From Halorarum halobium (GTDB lineage Archaea > Halobacteriota > Halobacteria > Halobacteriales > Haloferacaceae), in NCBI RefSeq assembly GCF_032116555.1, contig NZ_CP134949.1:1922001-1986000 (forward strand): DNA of 64,000 bases, read 5' to 3'. Below the pieces are notes generated by a model that worked only from the letters and a program-made list of their open reading frames with translations, was not told where the DNA came from and searched no databases. Numbering within the stretch: position 1 is the stretch's first letter; every line of letters starts with the position of its first letter. Below, piece by piece: positions 32,052 to 41,327 of the stretch. A program made the position numbers and the translations under genes.

Positions 32052-32109
32052 TCGGATTCGGGTACTGAACAGCCTAATAACCGTTCGACGGTAATCAACA
32101 GACAAGAAC

Positions 32110-33540
32110 ATGAGTTCGGATCAAGACCACCTGAAGCAGACGGACACCGAGGACCGCTTCGACTTCAAGAAGGAGGAGAAGTCGGCGTTCCGGAGCGAGA
32201 AGGGCCTGAACGAGGAGACGATCAGGGCCATCTCGGAGGACAAGGACGAACCGGAGTGGATGCTCGAGCGGCGCCTGCGCGCGCTCGAGCAGTACCACGC
32301 GATGCCCATGCCGACCGACTGGCCGGGCCAGCCCGACCTCTCGGAGATCGACGTGGACGAGATCGTCCCGTACATCCGGCCGGACGTCGACACCCGCGGC
32401 GGCGTCGACGACTGGACGGAGCTCCCCGACGAGATCAAGGACACGTTCGACAAGTTGGGCATCCCGGAGGCCGAGAAGAACGCGCTCTCGGGCGTCGGCG
32501 CCCAGTACGAGTCCGAGGTCGTCTACCAGAACATGCAGGAGCGCTGGGAGGAGAAGGGCGTCGTCTTCTGCAACATGGACGAGGCCGTGCGCGAGCACGA
32601 GGAGCTCGTCCGCGAGCACTTCATGACGACCTGCGTCCCGCCCAGCGACAACAAGTTCGCGGCGCTGCACGGCGCGGTGTGGTCCGGCGGGTCGTTCGTC
32701 TACGTCCCGGAGGACACGACCGTCGACATGCCCGTCCAGGCGTACTTCCGCATGAACTCCGAGGGGATGGGCCAGTTCGAGCACACGCTCATCATCGCCG
32801 AGGAGAACTCGGAGGTCCACTACATCGAGGGCTGCTCGGCCCCGAAGTACTCGGCGTTCAACCTCCACTCGGGCGGCGTCGAGGTGTTCGTCGGCGAGGA
32901 CGCACACGTCCAGTACTCGACGGTGCAAAACTGGTCGAAGAACACGTACAACCTGAACACGAAGCGCGCGCTCGCGGAGAAAGGCGGCCGCATGGAGTGG
33001 ATCTCGGGGTCGATGGGGTCGAAGGCGACGATGCTGTACCCCTCGACGATCCTCAAGGGCCGCGGCGCGAGCGACAACCACATCACCATCGCGTTCGCCG
33101 GCGAGGGCCAGAACATCGACACCGGGGCGAAGGTGTACCACAACGCCCCGAACACGAAGTCGACCATCGAGTCGAAGTCCATCTCGAAGGACGGCGGCCG
33201 CACGAACTACCGGGGGCTCGTCCACATCGCGGACGGCGCGGAGGACTCCTCGACCGCGGTCGAGTGTGACGCGCTGATGTTCGACAACGAGTCGACCTCC
33301 GACACGATGCCGTACATGGAGATCAACGAGTCGAAGGTCGACGTCGCCCACGAGGCGACCGTCGGCAAGATCGGCGACGAGGACGTGTTCTACCTCCAGT
33401 CGCGCGGTCTCGACGACGACGACGCGAAGCAGATGATCGTCTCTGGCTTCATCGAGCCGATCACGGAGGAACTGCCCATCGAGTACGCGGTCGAACTGAA
33501 CCGGCTCGTGGAACTGGAGATGGAGGGGTCGCTCGGATGA
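32110..33540 (+). CDS. sufB: Fe-S cluster assembly protein SufB
   Basis: GVGAQYESE, WSGGSF, GQFEHTL, YIEGCSAP, TVQNW, HEATVGKI. Confidence 0.97.
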   Translation: MSSDQDHLKQTDTEDRFDFKKEEKSAFRSEKGLNEETIRAISEDKDEPEWMLERRLRALEQYHAMPMPTDWPGQPDLSEIDVDEIVPYIRPDVDTRGGVDDWTELPDEIKDTFDKLGIPEAEKNALSGVGAQYESEVVYQNMQERWEEKGVVFCNMDEAVREHEELVREHFMTTCVPPSDNKFAALHGAVWSGGSFVYVPEDTTVDMPVQAYFRMNSEGMGQFEHTLIIAEENSEVHYIEGCSAPKYSAFNLHSGGVEVFVGEDAHVQYSTVQNWSKNTYNLNTKRALAEKGGRMEWISGSMGSKATMLYPSTILKGRGASDNHITIAFAGEGQNIDTGAKVYHNAPNTKSTIESKSISKDGGRTNYRGLVHIADGAEDSSTAVECDALMFDNESTSDTMPYMEINESKVDVAHEATVGKIGDEDVFYLQSRGLDDDDAKQMIVSGFIEPITEELPIEYAVELNRLVELEMEGSLG

Positions 33541-34757
33541 GCACGCAGGTGCCACTGAGCATCTCCGAGGACACCATCCACACCATCTCGGAGGAACGAG
33601 GCGAGCCCGAGTGGCTGCTCGAACGCCGCCTCGAAGCGTTCCGCGCGCTCGAGGAGCTCGACCTGCCGGACGTCATCCAGACGCCGGGCCGCCGGTGGAC
33701 GAACCTCGAGGACCTCGCGTTCGAGGAGTTCGTCGACCCGCTCGACCAGCGCGACGAGACCGAGCGCGTCACCGCCGAGGGCGCGGAGGTGCTCCCGTTC
33801 ACCGACGCGCTCGACGAGCACGAGGAGCTCGTCCGCGAGCGCTTCGGCTCGGTCGTCGACCCGGAGACGAACTACCTGACCGCGCTCTCGGCCGCGCTGT
33901 TCACCACCGGCACGGTGATCCACGTCCCCGACGGCGTCGACGCCGAGGACGTGAAGATCCGCGCCGAGATGAACAGCGGCTCGCTGTTCAGCCACACGCT
34001 CGTCGTCGCCGGGAGCAACGCCTCCGCGACGATCCTCGAGCGCGTCTCGAACGGCGAGGACACTCCCGCCGACGGCGACGACCGCCGCTACTTCAGCAAC
34101 GTCGTCGAGGTCGCGACCGACGAGAACTCGTACGTCCAGTACGGCTCGCTCCAGAACCTCGACGAGGACGTCTACACCTACTCGCTGAAGCGCGGCGACG
34201 CCGCCCGCTACGCGACGATCAGCTGGATCGAGGGCAACCTCGGCTCCCGCCTCACCCGCTCGGACATCGAGACGGAACTGGACGGCGACTCCTCGGAGAC
34301 GAAGATCGTCGGCGCCTTCTTCGGCCACGACGACCAGCACTTCGACGTCAACGCCCGCGTCTGGCACAACGGCGAGCACACGACCGCCGACCTGGTGACA
34401 CGCGGCGTGCTCGACGACGAGGCGCGCTCGGTGTACGAGGGCGTCCAGGACGTCGGCCGCGAGGCCTGGGACACCTCGAGCTACCAGCGCGAGAACACGC
34501 TGATGCTCTCGGACGAGTCCGAGGCCGACGCCTCCCCGAAGCTCATCATCCACAACCACGACACCGAGGCGTCCCACTCGGCCACCGTCGGCCAGGTCGA
34601 CCGCGAGGACCTGTTCTACATGACCTCGCGTTCGATCCCGCCGCGGACCGCCCGGAACATGCTCGTGGAGGGCTTCTTCGTGCCGGTGCTGGAGGAGGTC
34701 GAGGTCGACGAGCTTCGGGATGACATCCAGGAGCTCATCGCGCAACGGCTGGACTGA
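33537..34757 (+). CDS. sufD: Fe-S cluster assembly protein SufD
   Basis: SufB paralogue with PKLIIHN and HSATVGQVD...LFYM; ATGA overlap with sufB. Confidence 0.93.
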   Translation: MSTQVPLSISEDTIHTISEERGEPEWLLERRLEAFRALEELDLPDVIQTPGRRWTNLEDLAFEEFVDPLDQRDETERVTAEGAEVLPFTDALDEHEELVRERFGSVVDPETNYLTALSAALFTTGTVIHVPDGVDAEDVKIRAEMNSGSLFSHTLVVAGSNASATILERVSNGEDTPADGDDRRYFSNVVEVATDENSYVQYGSLQNLDEDVYTYSLKRGDAARYATISWIEGNLGSRLTRSDIETELDGDSSETKIVGAFFGHDDQHFDVNARVWHNGEHTTADLVTRGVLDDEARSVYEGVQDVGREAWDTSSYQRENTLMLSDESEADASPKLIIHNHDTEASHSATVGQVDREDLFYMTSRSIPPRTARNMLVEGFFVPVLEEVEVDELRDDIQELIAQRLD

Positions 34758-34841
34758 CGCGGGCGAATTTTCGTTTTCCGGGTTACGAGCTTCGGTTTGG
34801 TTGAGACGGTGCAACGTTACGGCCGCTGTTCAATCAGCGCC

Positions 34842-35196
34842 CTCGAAAGCCCCCTGCCGTGCATGGTTCAGTGGGCGGTGCTGGAGTCGCTGCGACTGCC
34901 TCGAAACCCCCCGCGGGGTTCGGCTCCCGCGAACCGCGATGCGCGCATCGGCTCACTACGTTCGCCTACGGTGCTTGCGGGTTCGGGGTTCGCCGAGCCC
35001 CGCGGCCCCTATCAGTCCCACCCAGACCGCACCGCACAGCCACACGCCTCCCTTACGTCGGAGCACGCTCCTCGGAACTCACCCTCGCTTCGCTCGCGTG
35101 AACAGCCGATTCGCTCGGTCGGCTCGCTCCGCTCGCCAGCTCTCACTCATCCCTCGCGCGATTCGGCCGCCCACGAGGGGCGGCCGCCGCGCGCCA
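34842..35196 (+). repeat. Full-length copy of the intergenic multi-hairpin repeat element
   Basis: Duplicated CTCGAAA(G/C)CCCC head, stem CGCGGGGTTCGGC...GCCGAGCCCCGCG, TCAGTCCCACCC, CCGCACAGC, TCGGAGCACGCTCCTCGGAACTCACCCTCG, TCCCTCGC, CGCGCGCCA; collinear with 54749-55313. Confidence 0.88.
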
Positions 35197-35221
35197 CTGC
35201 AACCGATCGGTCGAAGAAGCG

Positions 35222-36424
35222 TCAGTCCCCGGAGCCGAACACCGCGGTCCTCCCCGTCCGACGACCCAGCCTGAGCAGCGCCGGCAGCGTCGCCAGCGCG
35301 ACGAGCATCTCCAGCCCGCCCGCGACGCCGAACGCCGCGAGGTAGCCGTACGTCGCCGCGACGCCGCCGCCGACGAGCGACCCTGCCAGGAACCCGAGGC
35401 TGCCCGCGGCGTTGAAGCCGGCGACGGCCAGGCCGCGTTCGGTGTCGCCCGCGAGGTCGACCACGAGCGCCAGCGTCGCCGGGGCCATCAGCGCGCCGAG
35501 CACGCCGACCACGACCATGGCGACCGCCGCCCACGCCGCCGACGGCGCGAGCCCGACCGCGACCACGGCGACCCCGAACGTGAGCGAGCCGGCCGACACC
35601 GGGACGATACGGCCGACCCGATCCGAGAGCACGCCGAACGGGTACTGGAGGAGCGCGAACGGGGCGAAGAAGGCCGCGAGCATGAGCCCCGTCGCGGCCG
35701 GCCCGAGTCCGAACGCCTCCCGGAAGTAGAGCGTGCCGACGAGCGCGAAGAAGCCGGCCGTGAGCCGGTCGACGAACGCGAACGCGTACGGAACGGCGAG
35801 CTCCCGGCGCTCGCGGACGCCGCGGACGAGCGCCGAGAGGCCGCCCTCGTCGCTCTCTGCGGGCACCTGATCGGGGACGAGCAGCGCGAGCACGCCGGCG
35901 ACCGCGAGCAGGCCGGTGGCGAGATACAGCGGCGCGAACACGTCGTACTCGTACAGCCGTCCGCCGACCGGCGCGCCGATGGCCGTCCCGAGACCGATTG
36001 CGATGCCCGCCGCGCCCATGTTTCTCCCGTTCCCGCCCTCCAGGTCCGCGAGCGCACTCATGGCGAGCGAGAACGCACCGACCGTGAGCGCCCCCTGGAC
36101 CCCGCGGACGGCGAGCGCGCCGACGAACGAGAGGTCGACGAGGCTCGGCAGGACGGCGAGCGAGAGGTAGCCCGCCGCGCCGCCGAGCGCGCCGACCACG
36201 ATGAGCGGGCGTCGCCGGCCGGTCGAGTCGCTGAGCGCGCCCCAGCCCCCGACGAAAAGGACGAACGCCGCGAACTCGACCGAGAGGAACAGCGTCGGCG
36301 CAGAGACGCCCGAGCCACCGAGCTCGGCCGCCAGGAGGTCGACGCCGGGGTAGACGAGCGTCTGGGCCAGCATGACTGCGAACACCACGGCCGTGAGCGC
36401 GACCCGGTCGGCCCTGTCGGTCAT
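35222..36424 (-). CDS. MFS transporter
   Basis: About 12 TM segments; GALSDSTGRRR and GVLSDRVGR motif-A loops. Confidence 0.93.
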   Translation of the reverse strand: MTDRADRVALTAVVFAVMLAQTLVYPGVDLLAAELGGSGVSAPTLFLSVEFAAFVLFVGGWGALSDSTGRRRPLIVVGALGGAAGYLSLAVLPSLVDLSFVGALAVRGVQGALTVGAFSLAMSALADLEGGNGRNMGAAGIAIGLGTAIGAPVGGRLYEYDVFAPLYLATGLLAVAGVLALLVPDQVPAESDEGGLSALVRGVRERRELAVPYAFAFVDRLTAGFFALVGTLYFREAFGLGPAATGLMLAAFFAPFALLQYPFGVLSDRVGRIVPVSAGSLTFGVAVVAVGLAPSAAWAAVAMVVVGVLGALMAPATLALVVDLAGDTERGLAVAGFNAAGSLGFLAGSLVGGGVAATYGYLAAFGVAGGLEMLVALATLPALLRLGRRTGRTAVFGSGD

Positions 36425-36564
36425 CAGCGACGGTTGGCGGTCCCCGGGCTTGAGGGTTGGCGATTCGGCACGCGAGGGAACCGCTTAAGTCGCAGGTCCC
36501 CCGAGAAATCCCTAATGGATCACGCATCGAGACGGGAAAACCGAACGGCGCGCGGCCCGGGCCG

Positions 36565-37053
36565 ATGAGCGTCGGGCAGCGGGTCACCTCCGACCACCAG
36601 CTCGCCCGGCTGCTCCAGATCGGGGTGGTGCTGGAGGAGGTCGTCGAGGCGCGGGCGACCCAGCACTACCGCGAGATGGACGCGGCGTTCGACGACGAGA
36701 TCGTCGAGCTCCTCGACCACGCGGCCGAGGAGTCGGCCGAGCACCGCGACCGCCTGGAGGAACTCATCGAGGAACTCGACGCGGAGTCGGTGTCCTACGA
36801 GGAGATCGAGGCGCTCGTCGAGGCCCAGTACGGGCAGACGAAGCCCGAGGACTTCGACGGCGTGCTGTACGACCAGCTGTGCAACGAGGAGACGGCCTAC
36901 AAGTTCTACGACGACCTCATCCGCGCGGTCGAGGGGAGCGACGCGACGTACTCGATCGGGCGCGACCGCCTGCTCTCGACGCTGCGGGCGATCCGCGAGG
37001 AGGAGGCTGACGGCGTCGAGGACGTGACCGACGTGATGGAGCGACGAGCATGA
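36565..37053 (+). CDS. Ferritin-like domain protein
   Basis: EEVVEARA...EESAEH...EETAYKFY...EEEADG; four-helix di-iron-like ExxH pattern. Confidence 0.85.
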   Translation: MSVGQRVTSDHQLARLLQIGVVLEEVVEARATQHYREMDAAFDDEIVELLDHAAEESAEHRDRLEELIEELDAESVSYEEIEALVEAQYGQTKPEDFDGVLYDQLCNEETAYKFYDDLIRAVEGSDATYSIGRDRLLSTLRAIREEEADGVEDVTDVMERRA

Positions 37054-37484
37054 ACACGGCAGATCAGTACCTCAAGGCGATCTACCTGGTGCAGGAGATG
37101 GAAGACGGCCCGGCTTCGACCGGCGCCGTCGCGGACGCGCTGGACATCAGCCCCGCGAGCGCGAACGAGATGATTGGCAAGCTGGAGGATCGGGGCCTCG
37201 CGGAGCACGAGAAGTACAAGGGCGTGAGCCTCACCGAGGACGGTATCGTCCGCGCGCGCGACGCGATCCAGAACTACTGCATCATCGAGCGCTTCCTGGC
37301 CAACGTGCTCGAGGTCGAGGAGTTCCGCGCGGAGGCACACTCGCTGGAGGCCGTCATCGACGACACGGTAGCGGAACGGCTCGACACCATCATCGACCGC
37401 TCGTCGGAGTGCCCCGACTGCTTCGACGCCGGCACCGACGCCTGCCGCTATCTCGAAGTCGAACAGGAGAACATCGCCGACTGA
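37050..37484 (+). CDS. Metal-dependent transcriptional regulator (DtxR/MntR family)
   Basis: QYLKAIY...VADALDISPASANEMIGKL...YKGVSLT...IERFL...EAHSLE; C-terminal CPDC. Confidence 0.92.
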   Translation: MNTADQYLKAIYLVQEMEDGPASTGAVADALDISPASANEMIGKLEDRGLAEHEKYKGVSLTEDGIVRARDAIQNYCIIERFLANVLEVEEFRAEAHSLEAVIDDTVAERLDTIIDRSSECPDCFDAGTDACRYLEVEQENIAD

Positions 37485-37545
37485 CGCCGACCGAAACGAC
37501 CCACGGGAGTTAAGAGGTGGGACCGTTTCGGGCTACCCGTTCTAC

Positions 37546-37698
37546 ATGGGTGGGAGTGTAACGAAACGTCTTCGGCGGTTCGTCGGACTGGGTGCGGATT
37601 CGGCGGCCGCCTTCGAGTGCCAATCGTGTGGCGAGGGGTTCGAGATGGACAGACAGCAGTGTCCAGAGTGTGATGGGTTCGACATCCGTCGCGGGTGA
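37546..37698 (+). CDS. 50-aa zinc-finger micro-protein (not in ORF track)
   Basis: MGGSVTKRLRRFVGLGADSAAAFECQSCGEGFEMDRQQCPECDGFDIRRG*; two CxxC motifs; TTAAG TATA-like box at ~37510. Confidence 0.75.
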   Translation: MGGSVTKRLRRFVGLGADSAAAFECQSCGEGFEMDRQQCPECDGFDIRRG

Positions 37699-37752
37699 GG
37701 CCGTTCCGGAACCGCTTAGTTTCGCGCGCCGAGACGGTTTCCCGTGGCAAGC

Positions 37753-37825
37753 AGTCCCGTGGTGTAGCGGCCAATCATAATGGCCTTTGGAGCCATTGAC
37801 GGCGGTTCGAATCCGCCCGGGACTA
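37753..37825 (+). tRNA. tRNA-Gln (anticodon TTG)
   Basis: Acceptor stem AGTCCCG/CGGGACT, anticodon arm ATGGC-CTTTGGA-GCCAT, T arm GGCGG-TTCGAAT-CCGCC; no encoded CCA, no intron. Confidence 0.96.
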
Positions 37826-37900
37826 TGATTCTCCGAGACGCTCGGCGCGCTCACCGGCGAAGCTCACTAGCGAATTCGTCCGAACCGTCCTCGGCCACGG

Positions 37901-38905
37901 TTACGAACCGACGCGCGTCGGAAGCGGCGACCGCTCCAACCGCGACGAACCGGTACACAGGTCCTCGAAGGCCCGCCGGTGTTCGGCGACGCGTGCCGAG
38001 ACCGCAGCCTCGGGGAGCCCCTCCGTCTCGGTCGTCAGATGGCGGGCGAGTCGCATCCTGGCGAGCAGTTCACAGCAGTGCCACCGCTCGGAGTCCGCGT
38101 CCGGGGGGTCGCCGTACCCCTCCCAGAACGCCGTCCGGTAGGACCGCCCGGCGTCCGCGTCGACTCCGTACCCCTGCGTGAGCAACGCGAGCGTCGTCAC
38201 CGCGTCCCAGAGCGGGTCGCCCGCGGTCGGTAGTTCCCAGTCGAGGACGGCCGCGGTCACTCGCGACCCCTCGGGGTCGAGACGGAGGTTGTCGAGTCGG
38301 TAGTCGCCGTGGACGAACACCGGGTCGACGGCGTCGAGGTCGGCGCCGTCGAGCAGGTCGGATCCGAGGCCCCGAAGCCGATCACACCGGTCCGCGAACG
38401 GGGAGTCCCGGAGGTCACCGACCTGGCGATCGAGCGATCCGCGAAGCATCCGTTCGTACTTCCGCTCTTCGGCCACCGTCAGTTCGCCGTCCCGAACAGC
38501 GACGCGACCGAACGCGGGCAGGTCGAGCCGATGGAGGTCCGCGAGGTTGGACCCCGCCTCCCGGCAGAGCCGCTCGGCGGTCCGACGCGGGAGGTCTCGT
38601 ATCCGGCCGTGGCCCGAGCCAGCGACGAACTCGGACACGGCGAACGGGTAGCCGAGCGGCGCCTGGCCGGTCGCGTGGACCGCCGGAACGGGGACGTCGG
38701 TCTCGCGGCCGACGACCCGCATCGTAGCCGGTTCGGCGTCGAAGCGGTCCGGAAAGCGCGTCCCGACCTTGAGGAACCGTCGCTCGCCGTCCCGCGTCGT
38801 GATCCGATACGCGTGGTTCTTTCCGGCCTCGACGACGGTGGTCGTCCGAATCGAGTCGCCAGTCGCACGGGCGAACGCCCGACCGAGCGCAGTCCGAGTG
38901 AACAT
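37901..38905 (-). CDS. Phosphotransferase (APH/choline kinase-like) family protein
   Basis: FLKV, VPVPAV, HGDYRLDNL (Brenner motif), LDWE, GDPLWD. Confidence 0.88.
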   Translation of the reverse strand: MFTRTALGRAFARATGDSIRTTTVVEAGKNHAYRITTRDGERRFLKVGTRFPDRFDAEPATMRVVGRETDVPVPAVHATGQAPLGYPFAVSEFVAGSGHGRIRDLPRRTAERLCREAGSNLADLHRLDLPAFGRVAVRDGELTVAEERKYERMLRGSLDRQVGDLRDSPFADRCDRLRGLGSDLLDGADLDAVDPVFVHGDYRLDNLRLDPEGSRVTAAVLDWELPTAGDPLWDAVTTLALLTQGYGVDADAGRSYRTAFWEGYGDPPDADSERWHCCELLARMRLARHLTTETEGLPEAAVSARVAEHRRAFEDLCTGSSRLERSPLPTRVGS

Positions 38906-39079
38906 TGGGATCAGGTGGAAACCGCGTCGCACCGGTCCGTCCGGCTCACGGCTCGGGAGTCGGGACCCGCCGGGAAAAGTCGGACTGTTCGCCGCGAACG
39001 GTCGCGGGGCGGTTCCGGAGGACGGACGGGGAGAGATGGATGGCTCTCCTCACCCTGATCGCTCACAAAAATGAACCGG

Positions 39080-39493
39080 TCAGCGGCCCGCGGGCCGCCC
39101 GGCGTCCATCTCGCTCGGCTCCTCAGCCGACCGCTTCGCCATCGCGCCGACCCAGCCGCCGATGGCCCCCGGAATCGCGTAGAGACCGAGCAGCAGGAGG
39201 GAGACGAGCAGCAGTTCGAGGCCGATGGCGGCCGCGAGGAACGACCCGGCGGCACCCAGCACGACGAGCACCGCGAGCGCGCCGATTGTCGTGGCGAGCG
39301 CCCCGTGGGCCGCGCCGGTTCTCCGCCCGGCGTCGGCGACGTAGCCCGCCGCCGCACCACCGAGGATGCCGGCGACCACCCAGCTCGCCCCGGAGAGCGA
39401 GAGGTCGGCCACCGGGACGGTGAAGCCGGCCACCACGCCCGCGAGGAGTGTGACGACGAATCCGATGCCTACCGCACGCCAGTTGATTGTCAT
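39080..39493 (-). CDS. DUF5518-like membrane protein
   Basis: INWRAVGIGF...AGYVA...GAAHGAL...GAIGGWVG; four Gly-rich TM segments. Confidence 0.75.
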   Translation of the reverse strand: MTINWRAVGIGFVVTLLAGVVAGFTVPVADLSLSGASWVVAGILGGAAAGYVADAGRRTGAAHGALATTIGALAVLVVLGAAGSFLAAAIGLELLLVSLLLLGLYAIPGAIGGWVGAMAKRSAEEPSEMDAGRPAGR

Positions 39494-39714
39494 GGTTGCA
39501 GCCGTACGGACGACGTGTGAGATATTAATCTAGTATTGCTGAATTACTGCCCGTTCGTTGTCGACGTGCTCGTGTGAGCCAACACGTCCGTGGCTCGGGC
39601 GCACGATTACCGGTGTATCGTGGGGTCCGGGGTCGTCGTTCCCCGGCAGTCGCTCCCGACCGGCGAGCCACGGCCGCAAGCCGACTCACACCGACAGCCC
39701 CACATGGGTCGATC

Positions 39715-40146
39715 CTACGGCATCGGGGAGTCGACGATACCCAGCTGGTTCAGCATCCCGAACATGTCGGGCTGGACCCATCGCTCGACGATCTTCCCGT
39801 CCTCGATCCGCGTGAACACCGTGTTCTGGATCTCGAAGCTCCGATTCGTCGGCTCCACCCCCATGAAGAGGCCCTCGTGGGTGCCGCGTATCGTGACGCG
39901 CATGGCGACCCTGTCGCCCTCCGTGACGACGTCCTCGACGGTCGCCGTAACGTCGGGGAACCCCTCCAGGAACTGCTCGAAACTCCGACGGATCGCGTCG
40001 CGGCCGCGGTGGTCGCCCACCGGGTCGTGTTCGACCGCGTCCTCGGCGTACAGTTCCTCGACGAGGTCGAGGTCCCGCTCGGTCGCCAGTTCCTCGGGGA
40101 TGCGCCGTGCCAGTCGTTCGTTCTCCCGTGAGTGTGTAGTGGCCAT
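39715..40146 (-). CDS. SnoaL-like ester cyclase
   Basis: FPDV...EGDRVAMRVTIRGTHEG...PTNR...DGKIVERW...QLG. Confidence 0.9.
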   Translation of the reverse strand: MATTHSRENERLARRIPEELATERDLDLVEELYAEDAVEHDPVGDHRGRDAIRRSFEQFLEGFPDVTATVEDVVTEGDRVAMRVTIRGTHEGLFMGVEPTNRSFEIQNTVFTRIEDGKIVERWVQPDMFGMLNQLGIVDSPMP

Positions 40147-40343
40147 CGTTCTCCTCGAGGCCCTCGACCGTCCGGTTCCGTCGGTGGGCGGGAGAGCCTC
40201 GTCCGGGAGTTCGCCATCCGTCTCGGTAGCCGTTGTCACACATTGGTTGCCAGATTGGGGTGGCGCCCACCGGGGGTCCGTCCGGCGTGGTCGAGGCGCG
40301 CGGGATAGCCGCGCTTTTGGTGCCCGACGCGGACCCTCCACGC

Positions 40344-40805
40344 ATGACTCTCGAGGCGGCGGTCGCCGTCCCGTTCCGCGGGGCGGGCGCCGACAGGATG
40401 GGCGAGGGCGAGTTCGTCGTCGCCCTCTCGCTCGACCGCGACTGGTTCTCGCCCGACCAGGCGAAGCGGCTCGTCGACGTCGCGACCGGACGCGGACTCA
40501 TCGCGCAGGACGACGGCGACCTCGTCGCGCGGTTCGACCCCGCCGAGGTGTCGGTCCCGGCGGACTTCGTCCCCGACGAGTCGGTGCTGCGCGAACAGTC
40601 CACCTTCGAACAGGTGGTGGACGCACTCGTCGCCGGCGGCGTCGAGAAGCGCGAGGCCGTCGCCGCGGCGAACGAGCGCCAGCGGGACCTGGGTGTGACG
40701 CTCGAAGCCGCTGCCGTGCTCGTCGCCCGCGAACGCGGCGTCGACGTCGACGGCCCGGCTGCCGCCGCGCGCGCCGACCTGCTCGCGGGAGGGGAGGACC
40801 GATGA
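40344..40805 (+). CDS. DUF2240-family protein
   Basis: AVAVPF...EFVVALSLDRDWFSPDQAKRL...GVDV. Confidence 0.85.
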   Translation: MTLEAAVAVPFRGAGADRMGEGEFVVALSLDRDWFSPDQAKRLVDVATGRGLIAQDDGDLVARFDPAEVSVPADFVPDESVLREQSTFEQVVDALVAGGVEKREAVAAANERQRDLGVTLEAAAVLVARERGVDVDGPAAAARADLLAGGEDR

Positions 40806-40840
40806 GCCTCCCCCAGCAGCCTGACCGGGGCGAGTGAACG

Positions 40841-41257
40841 ATGGTCGAGGAGCGCACGACCGACGGCGTCCGCATCGCGCAGCTGCTCGCCTCCGAACTG
40901 ACCGGCGGGGGCGGGCACCTCGCGGACGTGACCGTCGCGGACGCCGACCCCGACGTGGCGCCCGCCCCGGACGGCGCGCTGGCGTACCGGGTGCGTCCGG
41001 GAACGGACGACGAACCGCTCGCGGACGCGTTCGTCCATCCGGACCGCGCCCGCGTCGAGTTCCGCGTCGCGCCCGACGTCGCAGCCGAGGAGGCGACCGA
41101 GGCCGGACTCAGGGTGCGACCGAAGGCGGTCAGGCCGCCCCGGACCGTCGTCTTCCTCGAGGACGGCGCGGAGGTAAAGCGGGTGCTCCCGGCGTTCGGA
41201 GCGGTCGTCCGTGCCGTCGCCGGCGACGCCGGCGATCGAGGTCCGGACGACGGGTAG
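40841..41257 (+). CDS. Haloarchaeal hypothetical protein
   Basis: TDGVRIAQLLASE...GLRVRPKAVRPPRTVVFLEDGAEVKR. Confidence 0.7.
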   Translation: MVEERTTDGVRIAQLLASELTGGGGHLADVTVADADPDVAPAPDGALAYRVRPGTDDEPLADAFVHPDRARVEFRVAPDVAAEEATEAGLRVRPKAVRPPRTVVFLEDGAEVKRVLPAFGAVVRAVAGDAGDRGPDDG

Positions 41258-41327
41258 GGAGACCTGCCGGACCATCCCGCCGGTAGGGACCGCACAGTTT
41301 TTGCACCGGCCGGGTAGTGACCCGATA

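Noticed and set aside
37826..40340. Genomic island integrated at tRNA-Gln
   Set aside because: No integrase, no visible duplicated tRNA 3' end and no obvious composition shift; the genes belong to common haloarchaeal families
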